DNA of 62,907 nt, counting the filler, from Polymyxa betae A26-41 (taxonomy: Eukaryota; Protista; Endomyxa: Phytomyxea), in NCBI GenBank assembly GCA_003693705.1. It is 7 parts of 7 records of this genome, joined end to end, with 100 filler letters (N's around TTAATTAATTAA, not from the genome) between each part and the next. Parts side by side here need not be neighbours in the genome. Positions count along the whole stretch, not along the records: positions 7,123 to 25,050 come from RBZT01000517.1; 6 more parts are not named here. The stretch is one strand, 5' to 3'. A program made the position numbers and the translations under genes. Numbering within the stretch: the stretch's first letter is position 1; each line of letters starts with the position of its first letter. The notes under the pieces are model-generated. The model saw nothing but the letters and a program-made list of their open reading frames with translations, made no database searches and had not been told where the DNA came from. Shown in pieces: positions 12,428-23,560 of the stretch.

Positions 12428-13889
12428 TAGTAGCGATGGTCCTGCGCATAAATTTCGCAGAAAATATATGATACAACCAGGAACTGCTAATGGAAGATCG
12501 AAGCACTGTCAGATGCTTAGGTCAGGATGCGCGAGGTTCATTAGCCAGCCCACCACCAGCAAGGGGCTTCTCTAAAAATTTTCAGACTTTGACTTCACAA
12601 CTGAATGCATAGAAAGAATTCGAACAAAACGAAGAGCAGCCAACAGCAACGTACAGACAGAGGTTGATGGGTGCGCCTAAACTCGAACGTCTTTATTGAG
12701 GATCGCGCAAGAATCGAAAAGATTCTGTCAAAAGAAAGTAAACACTTGTCTGCGGCTCTTTGCATTCTTCTTCGCGATTGCGCAGGCAGGGCAGGCTTCA
12801 GATACGGTACAGGCTGTACATTTTTCATCTGAAAAATTGGCCCATCTGCGAGCTGCTTCATTGGGATTCTGCGGATCGCTTTGTAAGATTGCGCGGAAAT
12901 CCTTGGCAAACTGGATAAGCTGCTCCTTAGTATCGGTCGATTTTGAGGCCATTCGACCTAGCGACCCATCCTGCATGCACAAATTTCATCACTCCCAACC
13001 GACGTACTATACGACCCAAAATGACCTTATTCAAACCACCTGACCTAGATGCGAATGCCGACATTAACACGGTCGTTACCCTTAATCGTTTTAAGAGAGC
13101 TACTTCAATACTGAATGCCTGAACAATCACGGGCAATGACCGTCATGACGCGATCGGAAGTGACTCATCCTAGACGTCATCGTTCACAGGTTTTGAACTA
13201 GACAGATCGGCCATCGTATGATGATAAAGTGTATTCCTTCTGCCATCTGTTGCCTAACGATTAATGCGCATTGATTCCGATGCAAGAGGCTAAATACAGT
13301 AAAACCAAGTTGGCTTGATCCTGTCACTTAGGCTGATCGCTGCTTTTATTGACCTTTGGTAATTACGTAACAGTTCGCTTGGTTACCAATACTTCAGACG
13401 AGGGCAGTCGATGATATTATTAATAATTATCAATAATTCGTTACGAATGATGATTAGTGATTTCCTCGATCTGCATTACAATCAAGGCTCCCCAATAGCT
13501 CCACTGATTTCTCGACCTGATCCGATCTGTCTCGCAAAACGCTTAAGGTCACTGGCCGAATAGACGATGATTGAGGGCCTGGGTATAATGCCCAAGAACC
13601 ACAGGATCTTCGTTCCCTGCATTTCCCGTAGATACGCCAGGGCCGGAGCGTGGCAACCCGGCAGCAGGCGCTGCAGGGCTAATGCTGGACCGGAACAACA
13701 GACAAAACGGGGACGCCGTTAAGGAGTCAGAAGGACCTCGCGGGACGGGATCGCCGAGCTCTGGCGAGGATTCGTCGTCCGAGAGCACAGTGAACATTAT
13801 AGGATTGAGGAGCGTCCCGATGCAGTCCACGCTCGCAATCCACTCGGATTCCGGATACTGTGGTGGAGGGAACGGTCCAGGCTAAGGCG

Positions 13890-14612
13890 AGGATTAAATA
13901 TAAGTTGAAAGCTGAACGTTTCAGCTCATTTGTACACTATTGATCTGATAGGGACTCAACTCGTCACAGCAAGCACAGCTTCATGAAACACATTGCGAAA
14001 TCAATCCCTGTGTGGAAGTCGTCCGGAATCACATCGACGTCTTCTTTTCTCCAGAGAAAGATGGGGCGGGTTCTTGGCGGAGTACGATCCCCTTTCGTGA
14101 CGATCTTCCCGCCAGGTTGCGTAATCAGGCTGGAGAATCTCGCGAATCGCGATGCTCATCTTGAATTTCTCCCATCCAAACACCGGGAAATCCGATTCAA
14201 CGGATGAAGTGTTTGGGAAAACGGTGAAGAGGGCCCCCGCAAGTGATCGAAGAAAGGGAAATCTTCCTTTCACGATGTCCCAATTCTTCTCAAAAGACGA
14301 ATCGCTGCTTTCATCTTGAGCACTTTTCACTGTCGATTCGGTTCGATAAACTTTAAAAAGCTCTATCTGCTCCGAGGTTTTCTGACTCAACACGTTTGAA
14401 AATCGGTCACGGTATCGTTGCAGCAAAGGTCGAAAATCTTTTCCGCAGTGCTTACCTAGATATGCAGGAAAGACGGATGGAGATTTCTCTTCGACTGGCC
14501 AGTTCTGAGAATCTCGCAATATACAGATTCGGCTAATGTTTTATCAAAATTTTCTGTTAATTTTGGCAACTTTTACATTTTATTTTGCATAATTTTGGTT
14601 TTAAACCGGCCT
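13890..14612 (-). mobile_element. Internally deleted hAT-like DNA transposon remnant (C-terminal dimerisation domain)
   Basis: ORF 14001-14519 contains FPFLRSLAGALFTVFPNTSSVESDF; CAGGCC-type terminus near 14612 resembles the hAT end at 34274. Confidence 0.65.
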
Positions 14613-16179
14613 GACATAATGTAAAGAAGCGACCACTTCCAGTGTACTGGTGAATAACGTGGTTATTGCTCCTAGATTTGGCATTTTAACAGGACTGGAC
14701 TCGCATTACATTCCGACCAGACTCTGCAAAATTTCGAATGGAGGATTCGATAACGATATTTATGACCTGATGGTGTTATTTTTATGCTTTTCGCTAATTT
14801 TTCGCCATTTAGACGTTTGATGAGTGTTTGGCAATTTGGTTCCCTTTGATGGCTGCATTTGGCCACGTTCGTTCTTCTATCAGGCCAGTACGCCCTACTT
14901 TCTATACATTTCCAGACATGGCCTATGTCTGGCTTTTCTAATTCTTGGAACAAATCTTGCTGCATATTTTTGCTGCTGTATGTAATATACAGGTCGGGGC
15001 GAGAGATTGAAAAAATCATAAACAAAGCACAATATTTCATCAAATCATATGGTATGTTTCTCATGTAGATTCGTATTCTTTCAAGAATCACAAATTGCGC
15101 TTGTTTAAGCTAACATCGAATACCCCTCCTTTTACAGTTCTTCAAATATTGGAGTGCGTTTTCACACATTAACAGCTAGCTGGTCATAATCTGTTCTTGG
15201 CTGTCGGTCGAACTGTTGCTTAGAATAGAGGCGATTCCGCTTCCTGCTCTTCGCTGGAAAGTCTCCACTCTCCAGCATGGTCTGTCAACGGGTGTGGCTG
15301 GATGATCATTCTCATTGCAATCGTCGTCTCTAAACTGGTACGTAATGTTCCGTTTATGGCTGTTCTGTTCATTCTTTTCAGCATTCAAAATTGCTTGAAT
15401 CCTTTTTGCTTTTATTGGACGTGATTGACAGTTACTATATCAAGTTTCCTGCTTTATTTTGGGTCACGGTTGTTCGCAAAGTCAGTTTGTAGAATGGGGG
15501 CTCCCACACCGTCTTTGGACAATGAATGCAGAGACCTTAACATAATTCATATCTGTAGAACCTACTGAGCCAGAAGAGTCCGCTTGAGAAAGGTTCCGAT
15601 ACAAGCGAGTTCGAAGCTGGGGAGAATTTGCAATTCGAAACAGAGGAAATCATGACCCATCATGAGGAGAAACTTCGAGTACAAGAAGAATGGGATTTAG
15701 CACAGGCAGAACGAGGCACTCTCGCATCACAGCGGTAGTCATTCTCATGCCATATTTCTAACATCTCACCTTGTTTCAGTAAAGCGACCCCGGATGAAGC
15801 CCTGAATAGCGCTTAGAAAAGCTCAGAATGGCAATGCTAGAACGTTTTCCACAAGGTTTGCGTAAATGGAAGATCTGCGATTCGTAGGCAGTGCCCAGAA
15901 CGGCAGTATCAGACTTACTTCAGACTCGCGGGCAGCACGTTTGCTGTCATGTATTTCGACTTTATATTCATCTTAACATGTTCTTTTGATTCATCCATGT
16001 ATCAATTAACGACCTGGCGACCCGCGAGGATGAGAAGCTCAAGCGGTAATTTATTTCTAGGCGGATGCTGCCAGATTCTTATATTTTCCTTCTATTGTCT
16101 ACAGCACTGTATATATTCCTATTTCCTTGTTCTGCTTTGCTTTTATTAGCATTTTGTGTTTCACCTGGGTTTTAATCTT

Positions 16180-18750
16180 TGTCCCAATATGATGGGCTCG
16201 ATTGATAACGAGATGCCAGACCCTTCTGTTTTCATTAAGGTGTCAGAGCGCGATCCGAATGTGTGAACCGAATCAGATAAAGACAGCTATTTCTTTAATG
16301 TTATGTCAATGATTTCCTTCATCAATTGGTGTTCCTTATCCATATGGTCTTTTATGTTCGACACCAGATACGATGTAGCGATCTTGTTGAAGCTGTTCGA
16401 TGCTCAAGTGTGGATTTCCCTCCCGCTGCTCTTACAAATACATTCTATCATTGGAAGAGATAAATATGGTGGTTTTCCTTTCAAGGGTAACCCTTCCACT
16501 AGGATATACATACAGTCAATATTGCTGATGAATTGTTAGGTAAATTATTGAACGAGAGGCTACGGGACAGCAGATCCTGAACAAATGGAGAGATTTGCAA
16601 CATCAAGAAAATTCTTTGTTTTGCAGCATGGGGTTAATTATACAGATAGATCCAAACTACGATATGGCCACTTGATGATTGTCAGTTTCCTTCTCATGTT
16701 ACTTTTGTTCTTGTTTTTTCCAATTTGGCCCTTTAGGTGACTGATCAGGATCAAGAATGATTCTCATATTAAGGGTTTACTAATCAACTTCCTTCACAGT
16801 TTCTGGCCCTCACTTCTGCGAATGAATTCGTTTTTGTCTCAGTTTATTACACCTATTGTTACGGTCACCAAAGGTCGTCTCCCGACATGTGCCAGTGTTA
16901 TTGCTCGTAGAGAAATTTTGGAAATTGGTCGAGTTCGTTTTTCGCGATCCCGCAATATCAAGAATGACGCCAGCAATACCCCTCAGGATGGAAAATCAAG
17001 TACTTCAAAGGTCTGGGTAATTCAACGAGCAAGGACGCGAAATACTATTTCAGCGCAAATGATAAGGTCCAGATGTTTGCTTAATTGTCCCGTTTTTCGT
17101 GAAATATGCTTTTAGCACCAAGTATCGTTTAAATGGGATTCATCGATGGATGGCAAGCTCAATGACAATGCTATCGGGAAGGTAACATCACTTGACGTAT
17201 CGTTTTCGTCCTGATAAGCATTTGTTTAAGGCATTTAGCAAGAAGCGAGTCGAAGACCGGAAGACCTGGCTGTCAAATGTTCAGGATGGGACCTTTATTG
17301 ATTACCGTCGTGATCAGGAATTCGTTGACCGTGAGCCTGTTCTGTTCTCTCGATCAGACAACGTATGTTCTATTCCCTCGTTGCTTGACGGTTTGAAACC
17401 CGGTCAACGTAAATTTATTTACAGTTGCTCAAAAAGAAAGTATGACAATTTGAAAAAGTTTTCATTGAGCTAAGCTGTGAAAAGATTGACCGGCGAGATT
17501 AATGTTGCCCAGCTTAGCCGAACATGGCGAGGTTTGCGTTTGTCCTGCTGCTGTGTCCCCATATATTTATTAATGATAGTGTAGCAATCTCTTACCGCGA
17601 CCATTATCAACTATTGTGGCAGTAACAATATTTAACTTGTTGCTTCCGATCGGGTCAAACAATCTTTCCATTCTGGCAGAGAAAAACAAACGCTGCCAAA
17701 GCCGAGCGAAACGCAGAAATAATTGGATCCATATAGGAAAGGAATTAGAATGTGGATAGCATGGGGACGAGCAGGCTGATATCGTGACGAGAGCGAATGA
17801 TGCAATGACACCCGAATGGAGCTCAGATGCAATTAATGAAGTACAGATGGTCTTAATAGAGGCAAATACAGACAAATGGATCACTAAGTAGACGGAGATT
17901 ATCATCATGACTCTGTTATTTGGCCTATCCTGGCATAACGCAAGGCCAGAATTCAGATGGCTGTTAGCAACACCACGACCTAGCCATTGTGATCAGCGTC
18001 CAGTCCGGATCGAGTGGCGCTGGGCCCACCGACTAACCCGATTGTGTGAAAATGAATGATAACTGCAAACAGAGAATCTGCGAACTCGGGTCAGCTCGTC
18101 GGTCAGATCATCCAGGCACTGGTTTCATCCATTCAGTCATAGGAATGTGTTGTCTCTCATGGTTACGTACAAAGGAATTCAATTTACCCTTCAATTAATT
18201 TACAGGAAACCGCGGTCATAATCGTGGCGATGGAGCGGCAGCCGTTGTCCTGTTGTTATCCTGATCAAGGTCCCGCATGCTCTCCTGTTTCAGCATCTTC
18301 ATCAGCTCGTTGAGTATCAGGTTCCTGTCCCTATCATACAGTCGGATTGGCACCACGCCTTGAAAATTGATGAGATCAACTCGCAGGAGTAATATAGAAG
18401 AACTTGAGCTTCAATAAACCAGTAGCTAAAACGAATCAAAGTGTTTACTTATTTCTTCAGCCGTTTTCCTTGCTTCACGTCATCGCTGGCCTGGAATCTG
18501 GACACAAATCGCAGTTCGGCTTCGTAACGGTCCCGCTTCGACAGCCTGCACATAATGTTCAGAGCGAAAAGGACTGGAAACCGCTCGAAGTAAACTTGTA
18601 AAGCTGATTATATTTTTAGAAGTCAGATTGCAGAGACGAACTTGTAAGAAACATGAGCGAGTTAAAGAAACCTAACTTTCGAGACATTACTGGCAGCGTA
18701 TGGATCGGTAAGGGACAGCGGATGGAGGTTAGCAAAACGCATCCAATTTA
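16180..18750 (+). pseudogene. TOP2: Decayed DNA topoisomerase II with introns, stops and frameshifts
   Basis: Collinear motifs RYGHLMI, TDQD..SHIKGLLINFLHSFWPSLL, FITPIV, WKIKYFKGLG, AFSKKRVEDRKTWL, SIPSLLDGLKPGQRK, NLLLPIG. Boundaries approximate. Confidence 0.85.
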
Positions 18751-19933
18751 GCTGCATATTCGGATTTGTCGGATGGCGTAAACGACTTTGGATTGAATTT
18801 TCTGGATCTTGTTAACGATCTCCAATCGCCTTCCAGGCTATTGCTGTACAGGTTTTTAATAATTAGCGCTGCAAGAGCGCAGCCAAGTCCCGGATAGACT
18901 CCCTGGTGAAAGGAACGCGTCTTGGGCCTTCTCACGTCACGAACAATTCTTTGAGATGACCCGCTACCACCGATCCTCAAGCCCTAAGCGCAAATCAAAG
19001 TAGGAAAGCAGGCGCTCTGGAGCTTCACTAACCGAATGTCATAGGCTTGGTGCGAAACTGGGGTCGGCAAAAAACCGAACGGACAGTCGAAACTCGAGTT
19101 CCGAGAACACCCCAAATTCTTCAGAAGCCAAATTTTCGAAACTGCTCCCCCCGAAACTTCTAGAATTTGTCTCGAAATGGAACCAACATTCCCCAACCCG
19201 TCGAATACCTGGCCAATGCCTTTTATGTGGTATAGTCTATGCCAGTGAAAAGTGTGTTCGAGATGTGATTTTCGATCCATTGCTCTCAGCGCATTGCATT
19301 CAGGTCAACAATTCGACATGCTTACGATGTCCACCTACGCAATCACTCCATCGTGAGAGGCTCAAAGCGTAACAAGAAGGACATCGCCCTGGAAGTCGGG
19401 ATAGTACGACTGGACTTCGAAAACACATTTTATTGCGGTCCCGACATCACTCCTATCAATAATGACGCTTTCATCGCTCAGTGTGATATTTAGGTGTTCT
19501 TTTGAATACGTTCTGACCACTCTGTACAGATTGTTTGAAATTTTTTTCTCAAGCTTGCTCGATTCGTGCCGCCAGATGTCGAAATCCTCGACCGACCTAT
19601 ATTCAACCATATTACAACTTGCTTTGGCAAAGTGTAGCGGGGAATTCGTGGTCGAATATCTGTCCCAATATGCTCCTGTAGAGAAAATTTCAACGCAGAT
19701 TGCATGTTCCTTGCTTTGTTTGCATTAAACCGAAAAGAGCCTATCGGACAATTGCAAGCGATCTTTGACCATTTCACATCCGCTGTACAACAGCTGTTGT
19801 TAAGTGACAAGTGGCCAGATGTTCTGTATCAGCTACAGAACAAATGGATCGGCACTGATATTCTAGCCTTCGTTTGGGCGTCATAATCCTCAATTCATCA
19901 TGGCAGGGACTGCAGATTTTGTTGATGACGACA

Positions 19934-20041
19934 AAAGTGTTGAATTCTACAATGACCCGGGTGATCAGGAAAGTGTTGAACTTCACAATGACCCGGGTGA
20001 TCAGGAAAGTGTTGAACTCTACAATGGCCCGGGTGATCAGG
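19934..20041. repeat. 36-bp tandem repeat x3 (reads ESVELxNDPGDQ in ORF 19900-20193)
   Basis: aaagtgttgaa.t..acaatg.cccgggtgatcagg at 19934, 19970 and 20006. Confidence 0.9.
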
Positions 20042-21377
20042 ATTCGAAGCGCTCAAATCATGATTTCGAGACGAAGACCATCGCTGACCATTCATCGAAT
20101 ACTGCAGATTCTCCCTATTTGGAATCACGTATGTTCTTCTCTATGGCAATTGTGATGTATACTGAAAGATTTGCAGAAGCGGAGAAAAACTAAAATACCT
20201 TCTAATTGTCATGATCTGCTTACGTTCCGATTTTTTTAGAATCCAATGATGTCGTACGTTTAGCAAGGTTTATACAATTAATATTACGGATCCTGCATCA
20301 GGAGTGCAAGATGCATCAGGAGTGCAAGAACATATATTATATCCCATAAAGATGAAATCATTTTTTTATGGAGGGGTTCTTGGAAGACTGCCAGAGTATC
20401 TGCGAGGAGAATTCGGTAGCGATCGATGATGAGAAGACGATCACGATCACGATATGAGGCCATTTGCTTAGGAGATAGCACCGCCTGTTGATACTTGATG
20501 AAAATCAACGAACTAGTCATGTCCAATCCAATGCCATCCAGAATTGACGGAGAGACCTAAACCCTAATAGGGTCATGGCAACCATTCCTGACTACAGCCT
20601 CGGTGGCGGGATGGGACCTCATCAAGAGGGCAACGGGCTGCAATTCTCCCTCCACTGCCACCTTAGAAGTGACCGCCGAAGACACGTGTCGTGCCCCAGC
20701 TATAGGAAGGCCGCGCCTCTTCTAAGGCCGCGTCCTAAGATTGCAGCTCCTGTTTTTTGTGCTTGCCGTTACAGCACAGTGGTCATTTGCCACGCTACCT
20801 TTTTTCTTTCATTCTATTTTGAATACATCGGAAGGTTTATTCCGCGCAGACTTTCTGTGTGTTAAATCTAGGATCATCTCATCTTTTTTTGAGCGAGTCC
20901 CTGACCTTCCGAACGAATGGCCAGCCAGGATTCCGTCGTTCAAAATGGACATGATGCCTCACAGCAGAATGCTCCCATGCCCAACGTCCAGGACGTGCGG
21001 GCCAGTATCTCACGCCGCATAGAGATTCTTCAACGATCAATGGCTACACACAGCGCAGAACTGGAGTCATTGTACAACCAGGATTACGAATCCATGTCTT
21101 CAACCAACAGACGGAACGTGGACAATCGCATCTATGCCCTCATCGATTTGATCAAGTCGACTGAAGTCCGAATCGATGCGGCTCGGAGGAGCTTCTTAGC
21201 TCTGGCTCCGATTCAAATACAGGCTCCAGCTCCGGCGCCTGTATCCGCACCCTCTCAACCAGAACACGCAGCTTCCGTACATCTGGCCAGACAAGCGCGG
21301 CTGCCGTCCGGTCTACCCAAGTTCAAACGACCAACAGCCCAGGATCCGAGCGCCGCCGAGGACTTTCTCTCGGAGCT

Positions 21378-22672
21378 GGTGCAGGTCGGCCCCGTGGCTC
21401 CGGTGCTCTCAATCCTCAGGGTATCCCCGCTCTTAACAAACAATCGAAGTACTGGCTCGTCACTATACATTACGACGACGAATCGCACGTCGATCGTGTA
21501 ACAAAATTCCTCAACCTGTTCGATAACGATTGGGTAATATACGCTACTTTACGAACGCCTATAAATGTATTAATTGATCAACGTTTTTAGGTCTCGTTCG
21601 TTGTGTTTGGGCGTGAGCTGACCCAGTCGCAAGGGCCGCATCTGCAATGTTATTTGGAGTTGACGGGTGGTAAGCGCGGCCGCACTGTCAAGGCTGCGCT
21701 TGGCATAGGCGATGCGCACTTCGACGTGGTCACCAACGTCTTGCCGTGCGGCAAGAAGACAACCTACAAACACTCTCGTTGGAACTGTTTTTGTTATTGT
21801 ACCAAAGGCTCCGAAGAGCAGTCGCAAGAGGGTCCGAACCCGTCTTGGGACGGCGAGGAACGGGGGGTTCGTCCCCCCAGGCCCGCTCACAAGACGTCGT
21901 TTAAGGAGCTCGCCCAGGATGCGTTCGCTTCGTGTCGCCGTGGTGACTGGGATTCAATCGACGCTTCAATGCGGATGCGGCATGCGAATGCGCTGTTGAT
22001 TGATCGTACCCAGTTCATGGGTCGTCGTCAGGTGTCCGTGTTACCCGATAACTCACGGGATCGTAATGTCTGGATTGTCGGCCCCGGCGACATCGGGAAA
22101 AGTTATTTTGTTTGGGAAGCTTTTCGCCCCACCGATGTTTTTCTCAAGGATTCGAACAAGTGGTGGAGCGGTTATAACGACGAACCCGTCACGTTCATTG
22201 AAGAGATCGAGCCTGACGACATCAAGTCTTCGTGGATTAAAAAATGGGCCGACCTCTATCCGTTTATGGGCCAGCCGAAGCAGGAGTACTGGAAAATTCG
22301 TCCAAGTCACACTATCGTGACGTCGAATTATAGTATTGACGAATGCTACACCGACGATCGTCAACGTCTGTCGATTCACCGGCGATTTACTGAAGTCGAT
22401 CTTCGGGAGCGGTGCGCGGGCACGGCTCAGTTCTGCGCCTGCGTCCGCTGTGGTCGCCTTGAGGATGTCCGGTCTCGTGCTGCCGCCAAATCAAGGCTGC
22501 TGTAGACCGGTGGCAGTTGACTGTCGGCGATGACTGGTGTTATGTTCCTGTCCGTGTCCGCCCCATCGAGGATGTGGCCTCGACTCAAGTGTCGATCGAC
22601 GAAGACGTTGTCGCTGCCCGGGAACTTGCTGCCCTTGCGGTGAATTCGCGCCCTAATTCTCCAGCCATGTAA
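21378..22672 (+). CDS. rep: CRESS-type replication initiator Rep (HUH endonuclease + SF3 helicase); 5' truncated, intron 21534-21590, probable frameshift near 22488
   Basis: Motif I KYWLVTIH, motif II PHLQCY, motif III YCTK, Walker A GPGDIGKS, KWWSGY, Walker B IEEI, motif C IVTSN, Arg finger IHRRF. AATAAA at 22675. Confidence 0.92.
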
Positions 22673-22778
22673 CAAATAAACCGGTGCATCATCGCGCCCT
22701 TTTCGCGCGCCTTATAATCCACTGTTGTTAGCGTTTCATGTGTAGCAGCAGCTGTGCAGCTCGAGTCGTACTGCACCA

Positions 22779-23560
22779 ATGGCTGTTCGTTTTGTTCGCC
22801 GGGTAATGGTTCATTTCTATATGCTGATCGAATTGACTGCATCAAATGGAGACATCGTTTCGATTAACGATTCCGGACGACGCGAATTCACCGTCCAGGT
22901 CTTCGACGCCTTCGACGTCCAAAGATGCGTTCCGCTCAACACATATAGGTATGTTATCCACTGGAGATGTTCTCCACTGGATATCAACTCTTTAGTTTAT
23001 TTGTTCTCCACTGGAGGTTCCTTTTAATAACTCCACTGGATATCAACTCTTTAGTTTATTTGTTCTCCACTGGAGGTGTCATTTAATAACTCCACTGGAT
23101 ATTAACTTTTAATAGTGGAAAGCCCTTCGTCGACTACTTCGATCTCGTCGATGACGCAAACGCCTCCGATCGACAGCGACGACATGCGCCGGTGGCTGCT
23201 GGAGGATCTGGAGGATTGCCACTCGGATCTCCAGTCTGTGACTCATTCTCTGATGGTCCACGATCGCGAACTAGGCAGTCGTCTAATTCCGGTTCTGGAG
23301 CTGTTGGAAACGACGATTACTGCCCTGCGCCTGTATCCGGATCGTGCTTTTGGCTCTGTAAGGAGGCCGCGGGAGGAAGCGAATCGAGGCTGGCCGGGGC
23401 ACCCGCTTTAGCGGGTCGGGCATGCCTCATGAGCGAACCTGGCGGCCGCCGCCCCTCGTACGACGTTCTTATGCCTAAATCCCTTCACCAATTTTATTGG
23501 GCCGGCCGAAGGCCGTCAGGCCCGGCGCGTAAGCGCCTCGGCCTGTTACTGCCTGCTTGA
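22779..23560 (+). CDS. Second ORF of the Rep element, predicted spliced (22779-22948 + 23116-23560, about 204 aa), unknown function
   Basis: TATAA at about 22713; AG|GTATG donor and TTTTAATAG acceptor join two open frames (...VPLNTYSGKPFVDYFDLVDD...). Confidence 0.5.
22957..23099. repeat. Six TCCACTGGA interrupted palindromes in a 59-bp tandem repeat
   Basis: Copies at 22957, 22973, 23007, 23032, 23066 and 23091. Confidence 0.9.
23151..23411 (+). CDS. Possible overprinted helical protein in the Rep element
   Basis: MTQTPPIDSDDMRRWLLEDLEDCHSDLQSVTHSL... has amphipathic periodicity and overlaps ORF2 in another frame. Confidence 0.35.
   Translation: MTQTPPIDSDDMRRWLLEDLEDCHSDLQSVTHSLMVHDRELGSRLIPVLELLETTITALRLYPDRAFGSVRRPREEANRGWPGHPL

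Noticed and set aside
18730-19900. Fragmented ORFs downstream of TOP2
   Set aside because: No motif recognised.
21377-21501. C-terminus of ORF 20917-21501 as gag
   Set aside because: Read-through into the Rep element in a different frame.
22957-23099. CRISPR-like appearance of spaced repeats
   Set aside because: The spacers are themselves duplicated, the repeat is only 9-10 bp, the context is eukaryotic and no cas gene is present.
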